DNA of 64,000 bases, from the IMG/VR virus record IMGVR_UViG_2724679451_000017. One strand, given 5' to 3'. Source of the DNA: an uncultured virus (IMG/VR IMGVR_UViG_2724679451_000017) (lineage: Duplodnaviria; Heunggongvirae; Uroviricota; Caudoviricetes). The position numbers were made by a program, and so were the translations under genes. Positions 58,188-64,000 of this stretch are shown here, in pieces. How positions within the stretch are numbered: the stretch's first letter is position 1; the number at the start of each line of letters is the position of its first letter. Below the pieces are notes generated by a model, which worked only from the letters and a program-made list of their open reading frames with translations, had not been told where the DNA came from and made no database searches.

Positions 58188-60476
58188 CTAAACGTCTAAT
58201 TTCCCCATTCCAATGCCGCCAGTTAGAGCATGAGCAAGGAAACGATCACTAACATTCTGCCCGATGTTACCATTATTCTGATTTACAACAACAACTTCCT
58301 GTGGGTTAGGAGTATTTAAAGGTTGCTTAAACGGCGTGACATTAGTTAATAATCTATTTTGATTATTTAATGAAGGTTTTGCTTTTGTAGTAGCTTGGGG
58401 AACGATAGCTTTTTGGGTGCTTAAAACACTAGCAACTTTAGCTCTTGTATTTTCCACAATATGACTTGATTTCAAATCTGATACAGCTGGGGTATTTTCT
58501 TTAGGTAGATTAGTTTTCTGTTCCTGAACGGTTTTATCAATGTTAGCTCTGTATTTATATTCCTTTTCTAAATGCGGTCTATAATCAAATGACTTCCCAT
58601 TGCGAAGCTTTGTTTGCCCATACGCCCATCTTACATATTTTGTGCCGAGAACTCGGGCAATATCTTCTTTTGATGCATTTGGGTTTTTCTGCATATAAGC
58701 TTTAACTGAAGCATATTCTGGATTCGTTTCGATTTCATGCTTCATAAATGCACCTTGTGCATCTAAAGCTGCTTGGCTCCGTACCATATTACCGTTTGCA
58801 TCAAGTAATCCCCTTTCCTTCATATATGCCGTAAGCCGGTCTTTACGAGCTCCTTGCCAAGAAATCATTCCCATATTTATTCCACCAGCTTTATCTTGAT
58901 GTTTACCAAACAAGTATTCATCTCGATAATCATTTTCTCGACCAACGGAAGCAGTTAAACCAGCAGCCCAATTATCATTAAAACCTGCTTTCTTCATAGC
59001 ATTGTAAACTGCAAGTTGCTTTTCCTTAGTTTTTTCACCAATTGGAGAAATAGTTGATCCATAAGCAGGTACATTTTTATTTGCTCCAAAACCCGGCTTA
59101 TAAACTCCTTGCCCAATGCCCCATGTGGGAACGCCGTCATGAAATGGATTAAAGCGATTAAATTTATCCTTAATGAAATCTAAGGTATCACTAGCAGTAT
59201 CTTTAACACCGTCTACAACTTTTGATGCTGTACCTTTTGTCAGTTCAAAAGCATTGGTTGCATAGTTAACAAACCCTTTCCAAGCAGTATTAATAATACC
59301 TGGTACATCTGCAGCAATTAATGAATCTGTCCACTCTTTAAAATACGGCGCAACTACGGTACCTAGCTTATTCCCAATCCAAGAACCAGCCATACCACCA
59401 ATTAATGTTCCAACTGGACCAAATAAAGACCCGACAGTACCACCAATTACTCCACCCGCAAGACTACCAACAGTACCGCCTTTTTCTTGTGTGCTTTGTT
59501 CATTCCAATCTAATAATGATGCACCAGCAGCCAATGCACCTATTACGGGTAGACCACGGCCAAACTTAAGAAATTTACCTAAGCCCTTTCCTAATTTCCC
59601 TACACCTTTCTTTCCTTTGCCTAGAGCACCACCTAGAAGCCCACCACCAGCAGATAACACGGAAGTAAGCAATTTCCCTAGAGAACCTAACAAACCACCC
59701 TTAGACGCCAAATTATCGGCAATACGCTGCAATAACTTTATTTGTTTGCGGTTATGGTTCTCTTGTTCACGAGGTAATGGCTCATTTCTCTTTTTACTAC
59801 GCATCAATCCAGTTAATGGCCGCAAAGCTAATCCTGCTGCACGGCGTACAGGTGAAAGTAAATGACCAACTTCATTGATTGCGTCAACTGTAGGATCTAC
59901 ACCTTGTGTTGAGTTCGGCATTACTCCTTTAATCGCCGTAGATATCGTTTGGGCAACTTTACGAATTGATGATTGGTTTTGGGGTTCATTAGGGTTTGAT
60001 ACAAAACGGCCTTTTTCGTCACGCTCTGGTACACTAGGATTTACAATTTTTGATAAGTCATCATGACTATTAATTTCTATAGCTGGTTTTAAACTCTTAG
60101 GTTGGTTAATTTGTTTCTTTTCTACAGTCTTAAGGTCATCAACTGATTGCTCCAATACACCTGCAAAGTCTTTGACAAGCTTGTCTGCAACAACAAATGC
60201 TTGAGTGATTGGATTTGCTTTTTCTTTTAATAAATCTTCAAAATCTAAAGTTTGTCTATTATTGACAGCATTAAGCATCTTTTGAAATTCAGTCAGTTTA
60301 GGCTGAGGCTGTGCGAGCTGTACTTTTTGCTCTTCAAAGCTTTGAGTAAGAATATCTATGATCTTCTCAATATTTGAATCAATCGTACTTACTTTTTTTT
60401 CAACTCGTTTCATACCAATAATGAAACCAAGTTCATCATAAGATAAAACTGGATTATTGTGATTTGAATCTGTCAT
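58188..60476 (-). CDS. Tape-measure-like protein with phage tail lysozyme domain
   Basis: Gly-rich hydrophobic repeats; 'AAGLTASVGREN..MGMISWQGARKDRL'. Confidence 0.75.
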   Translation of the reverse strand: MTDSNHNNPVLSYDELGFIIGMKRVEKKVSTIDSNIEKIIDILTQSFEEQKVQLAQPQPKLTEFQKMLNAVNNRQTLDFEDLLKEKANPITQAFVVADKLVKDFAGVLEQSVDDLKTVEKKQINQPKSLKPAIEINSHDDLSKIVNPSVPERDEKGRFVSNPNEPQNQSSIRKVAQTISTAIKGVMPNSTQGVDPTVDAINEVGHLLSPVRRAAGLALRPLTGLMRSKKRNEPLPREQENHNRKQIKLLQRIADNLASKGGLLGSLGKLLTSVLSAGGGLLGGALGKGKKGVGKLGKGLGKFLKFGRGLPVIGALAAGASLLDWNEQSTQEKGGTVGSLAGGVIGGTVGSLFGPVGTLIGGMAGSWIGNKLGTVVAPYFKEWTDSLIAADVPGIINTAWKGFVNYATNAFELTKGTASKVVDGVKDTASDTLDFIKDKFNRFNPFHDGVPTWGIGQGVYKPGFGANKNVPAYGSTISPIGEKTKEKQLAVYNAMKKAGFNDNWAAGLTASVGRENDYRDEYLFGKHQDKAGGINMGMISWQGARKDRLTAYMKERGLLDANGNMVRSQAALDAQGAFMKHEIETNPEYASVKAYMQKNPNASKEDIARVLGTKYVRWAYGQTKLRNGKSFDYRPHLEKEYKYRANIDKTVQEQKTNLPKENTPAVSDLKSSHIVENTRAKVASVLSTQKAIVPQATTKAKPSLNNQNRLLTNVTPFKQPLNTPNPQEVVVVNQNNGNIGQNVSDRFLAHALTGGIGMGKLDV

Positions 60477-60505
60477 AACAAAAATGCCCCATACTGATAT
60501 AGGGC

Positions 60506-60545
60506 ATTTTGAATCATAATTATTTTTGAATTTTTAAGTGTTCCA
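60506..60545 (-). promoter_or_regulatory. Putative late promoter
   Basis: TGGAAC-N28-CAAAAT, 64 nt before ATG 60476. Confidence 0.7.
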
Positions 60546-60558
60546 ACCAAAAATTTAA

Positions 60559-60822
60559 TTAAAACTTAATCTTTAGAAAATAATTATTATGATCCAAAAC
60601 ATCTAATTCAATTTGGTATCCTAGATCGATTAGGGACTGTTGTAACTCATTGACTACTGCCATTGTAGCTCTTGATTTTGATAAGGTGAAAGTCATTTCT
60701 TTCTGTCCTTTTGCGGCAAGAGAAGTAATAAATACACCTACTTCTTGTTTCAATTCCTCAAGTGTAGATGGCTGTGCAGATTCTGAGATTTTAGCTGCTT
60801 CTGCTGCTGAAATAAGGGTCAT
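60559..60822 (-). CDS. Hypothetical protein (87 aa)
   Basis: Clean ORF; no recognised motif. Confidence 0.65.
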   Translation of the reverse strand: MTLISAAEAAKISESAQPSTLEELKQEVGVFITSLAAKGQKEMTFTLSKSRATMAVVNELQQSLIDLGYQIELDVLDHNNYFLKIKF

Positions 60823-60937
60823 AACTTAATACTCTATTTAATTAATGATTTTAAGCACTTTGTAAAATATAAATGCCACATGCATTATAATTAATAGAAA
60901 GATAATAATTTCAATGGTGTAAAGTTTTATATAAAAT

Positions 60938-61774
60938 CTATTCATTTTTATCATCTGGCTCTACTTCACCTGCTTCAATTAGCGCTAACTTACGCATAAA
61001 CGCCTCTTCTTTTTTCTTCTTCATATTAGCTTTAGCGATTGCCATTCTTTCTTCAGCACCCGAAATAACAGAACTACGCCGTGCTTGAACTTCCGACTGG
61101 TCTTTAAGATCATCTACATCTAAGCCCCAGAACATTGCTTCTGTCTTGGCAATGTTAGAAATGCTGATACTTTGCTTAACGTTTAAATCTACAACTTGAC
61201 ATATAAGTCCCATCTTGAACTTGACTAATGCTAATTGTTCCTCAGTTGGATTATTTAAATTCAGTACTTCATCTCTAATATGAATAACACTATCGATAGT
61301 GTCTGTAATTAACTCTCCAAGCTTATGAGCTCTTATACGGTTGTTTTTGACAACCAAAGCTGACTTTAGATAGTTCTCGTTGACTGTAGAACGGCCACCG
61401 TTGTTATGACCACTATTTTTTGAGTTTTGACTATTAAATTCAGCAATATTTGACGTTTTTTTGACAGAATTTTGACTATTACTTTTTACAGTTTTTTCAG
61501 TATCTTGTGTATCTTCTTGACCATTGTTTTTTTTGGTCAATTTTTTAATCTCTTTATTAAGCTCCTGAGCTGTCTTTTTGACTAGAGATTTAGCTTTCTT
61601 TTTCCATTTCTCCGCAAGTGCTTTACGGCGTACAACGGATGGCGAAGGCATCTCACAACCGAGTTCTTCGCCAACCTGATCAACTAAACCTTGCCACGTA
61701 ATCTTAGGAGAAGATTCATAGACTTCTTTTAGCCGGTTCCAAATTTCTTCCGAGTATTCAATCTTGCGAGCCAT
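60938..61774 (-). CDS. HTH protein, possible terminase small subunit
   Basis: 'WNRLKEVYE..SVVRRKALAEKWKK' resembles TerS N-termini; helical C-terminus. Confidence 0.5.
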   Translation of the reverse strand: MARKIEYSEEIWNRLKEVYESSPKITWQGLVDQVGEELGCEMPSPSVVRRKALAEKWKKKAKSLVKKTAQELNKEIKKLTKKNNGQEDTQDTEKTVKSNSQNSVKKTSNIAEFNSQNSKNSGHNNGGRSTVNENYLKSALVVKNNRIRAHKLGELITDTIDSVIHIRDEVLNLNNPTEEQLALVKFKMGLICQVVDLNVKQSISISNIAKTEAMFWGLDVDDLKDQSEVQARRSSVISGAEERMAIAKANMKKKKEEAFMRKLALIEAGEVEPDDKNE

Positions 61775-61787
61775 TAAAGTCTATCCC

Positions 61788-62474
61788 TTATTCAGTAAAT
61801 AGACCTATTTGTTTTACTTCAGCTATAGCTTGTTGCTGTAAAGAAGCCTTGCTAAAACGTTTTTTATTTTGGATCAGATCAATTAGAGCTTTTTGCTGTA
61901 AATCGTTCTCTTCGCGTTGGAATACATCATCGATAGCCATTTCTAAGTTACGGATTTGTTTCGCACGATTTTGTTCACACTCACGCACTATACGCATGAG
62001 GGTGTGAAGTTCAGGTAAAACCTTTTCTTGGATAGACTGTTCTTGAGATAAACATGCTTGAATAAGCCCCTTTGAGGCTTCAAGTAACTCAACCGTTAAG
62101 GCTTTAGGGAAAGAAGTAATATGCTGTGCCGCAGCCATACTCAATTGAAATGCCATAGCTTGAGTATATTCACTCATCATTTCACCAAGACTGTTAAACA
62201 GAATACCTGCTACAGAAGCTGTTTTATCTAGTTCCGGTTCAATCGTAAAACCAAGAATCCAGTCAGCTGAAACACCATATTTTTGACATAGCAAAGAAAG
62301 TAATTCTGCATCTGGCATTAACTTACCATTTTCGATTTCACTCATTCGATTTTTATGCGGTGTACCGAATATTTCTAATGCTACGTCTTCTTGACGTAAT
62401 TGAGCCATGTCACGCGCCATTGCAAGTTTTCTTCCGATAAGTACTCGACGTTGCAAATCGCTCTTTTTCGCCAT
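61788..62474 (-). CDS. XRE-family HTH transcriptional regulator
   Basis: 'LAMARDMAQLRQEDVA..MSEIENG..YGVSADWILG'. Confidence 0.85.
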   Translation of the reverse strand: MAKKSDLQRRVLIGRKLAMARDMAQLRQEDVALEIFGTPHKNRMSEIENGKLMPDAELLSLLCQKYGVSADWILGFTIEPELDKTASVAGILFNSLGEMMSEYTQAMAFQLSMAAAQHITSFPKALTVELLEASKGLIQACLSQEQSIQEKVLPELHTLMRIVRECEQNRAKQIRNLEMAIDDVFQREENDLQQKALIDLIQNKKRFSKASLQQQAIAEVKQIGLFTE

Positions 62475-63164
62475 TTAAATGCTTCTCCCAGCTAACCAAT
62501 CAAAATCTACAGTTTTTGACAACCAATCAGTTTCATCAGTAAAAACGCACGAAAGCCAGACACAACCCTCTTCACATGGTTCTGCCAGCTTAATTTGTTC
62601 ACTTATGAAAATATTGTCGTCTTTGAATAACAAGCCATCACCTTTGACACTATCAATTAGTAGTTTTGGATAGTTATCAATATCAAATCGTGGATAAGTT
62701 TTAGCGCTGTAAGAACGAGTTTTAAGTGGTGGCTGAACAATTAACCGTATTTCACAAAGTTGATCGATAGCTTTTAACTTAAGTGCTCTAAACATAGGTC
62801 CATATTGTTTTTGAACCTTGTCCTTATACTTTTTAGCACCTACTGAAAGACTATTTCTTTGCTTTCCGTTCTGATCAATTGTAGCCCGCCAAATCTCGTT
62901 AGCGCTTAATCCATAAGGCAATTTGATTGTGATGTATTGCTTACCAAAAATGATAACACCACCTGTACTTCCCCTATACACACTATTTTCACCATCATTT
63001 TCTTTTTCTACATGGCACGGGAAAAACACATGTTTATTTGAGCTAGCTTTATGCTTTTTAACTTTGTTATTACCTGATGAAACACTGAAATCCTTAAAGA
63101 ATTCCTGTCTTTTATTATTGGAGAAAAACTCGCTCCACTGACGGCGGTTACTTTTTTTAATCAT
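62475..63164 (-). CDS. rusA: RusA-family Holliday junction resolvase
   Basis: 'LPYGLSANEIWR', 'DIDNYPKLLIDSV', 'FKDDNI'. Confidence 0.85.
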   Translation of the reverse strand: MIKKSNRRQWSEFFSNNKRQEFFKDFSVSSGNNKVKKHKASSNKHVFFPCHVEKENDGENSVYRGSTGGVIIFGKQYITIKLPYGLSANEIWRATIDQNGKQRNSLSVGAKKYKDKVQKQYGPMFRALKLKAIDQLCEIRLIVQPPLKTRSYSAKTYPRFDIDNYPKLLIDSVKGDGLLFKDDNIFISEQIKLAEPCEEGCVWLSCVFTDETDWLSKTVDFDWLAGRSI

Positions 63165-63250
63165 AACGACCTCAAATCAAGCAAGTAAGATTTACATAAA
63201 CTTGAAGCTCTTCTTGCATGACATAATCCTTAAAAACACTTAGTTCCAGA

Positions 63251-63291
63251 ATTATTAACCGTTAGATTTATTTAGAAGTACCCTTGTTCCA
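63251..63291 (-). promoter_or_regulatory. Putative late promoter for the rusA-XRE-terS operon
   Basis: TGGAAC-N29-AATAAT. Confidence 0.7.
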
Positions 63292-63696
63292 ATTCATTAT
63301 TTTTGTTTGTAAAAAAATGCTCTCTTTTATATATGCAAAATATATTGATCCTCAAAAAAACATCGAGCTGGTCCTACTTACCAATGTGTCAGCACTTTTA
63401 GGATAGGGGCCCCTATCATTTCCTTCTTTTTAGTAATTTAATATCCAAACCCTTTTTACGTAGGATTTGCATCACACACCAAAATTTTAAAGGCCACATC
63501 TAGTTTCCCTTTATTATAAAATTATTACCTAGGGGTTGTTTAGAAATCTAAAACTTTTATAACTCTTACTCAGAAATTCTCTTTTTCATCAACCATAAAT
63601 TACATAAAATATTATATTTATCCACAACTTAAATAAGCTTGATTCTTTAATTGATAAACTCACTAGAATAATATTTCTTAAAATAATAGGAGTATA

Positions 63697-63725
63697 TTGA
63701 CAGAAAAAAGCTAAAATATTACTCT
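63697..63725 (+). promoter_or_regulatory. Sigma70 promoter
   Basis: TTGACA-N17-TACTCT. Confidence 0.65.
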
Positions 63726-63758
63726 CTAAAAGTTTTCTTCATAAAAAAGCATCAAAAA

Positions 63759-63854
63759 ATGAAAACTATCATCGTAGCTTTTGTACTCTCAGCAATTTTG
63801 ATCATTCTATCATTTTTATTTTACATGATTATAAAAACCCATTATAAGAAATAA
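63759..63854 (+). CDS. 31-aa single-TM peptide MKTIIVAFVLSAILIILSFLFYMIIKTHYKK
   Basis: Hand-translated; lies downstream of the sigma70 promoter; weak SD. Confidence 0.5.
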   Translation: MKTIIVAFVLSAILIILSFLFYMIIKTHYKK

Positions 63855-64000
63855 CAAAGAATTAAAAAAGCTCATTTCCGAACCAGAAATGAGCTTATGA
63901 AATCCACATAAACCTGAAATACTAAGTATGGCTACTTAGCAATATTAAATTAAATGAATTTCTTTGAAGAATCAATATTTTTTTTAAAAAAGTATCTAAA

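Larger units (their letters stand above)
70..64000. mobile_element. Integrated temperate myovirus prophage with P1-like morphogenesis/antirestriction genes; right end outside window
   Basis: Integrase at left edge followed by lysis, terminase, portal, capsid, sheath, baseplate, fibre, antirepressor and RusA genes; no host housekeeping genes recognised. Exact att boundary not determined. Confidence 0.93.

Noticed and set aside
63243..63248. Additional GTTCCA as a promoter (also scattered copies inside CDSs)
   Set aside because: No -10-like hexamer at 29 nt; a 6-mer is expected by chance, so only intergenic, correctly spaced copies were counted.
9335..63291. TGGAAC as an ECF/sigmaE -35 element
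   Set aside because: The conserved downstream element is 29 nt away, not ~16, and resembles a sigma70 -10.
1..64000. tRNA or rRNA genes
   Set aside because: None recognised by eye; tRNAscan-SE would be needed to exclude them formally.

Overview
The window is almost entirely the integrase-proximal ~64 kb of a large, AT-rich temperate myovirus prophage that continues past the right edge. The host is most likely Acinetobacter, inferred from composition and a UmuDAb-type box. On the + strand (254-8085) are a P4-type tyrosine integrase, morons, a SRAP-umuD-umuC cassette and a PAAR/putative effector/lipoprotein trio. The - strand (8216-63164) carries lysis genes, P1-like DarA/DdrB/DarB-type antirestriction genes, portal, capsid, sheath, baseplate, a 3449-aa spike-fibre fusion, an intein-containing terminase, a Tad1-like anti-defence protein, an antirepressor, an orphan HicB fusion, an XRE regulator and RusA. 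Best non-obvious signals: (1) a 16-copy late-promoter architecture, TGGAAC-N29-(-10), often coupled to hairpins that only read-through RNA could form; (2) a 119-aa ORF with its own SD nested in the +1 frame of the DarB-like linker; (3) a prophage-borne T6SS-type PAAR-effector-immunity cassette; (4) a recurrent (F/Y)D(S/A/G) motif in head-associated proteins; (5) an apparently split tail sheath. All family assignments come from motif recognition by eye, not database searches.
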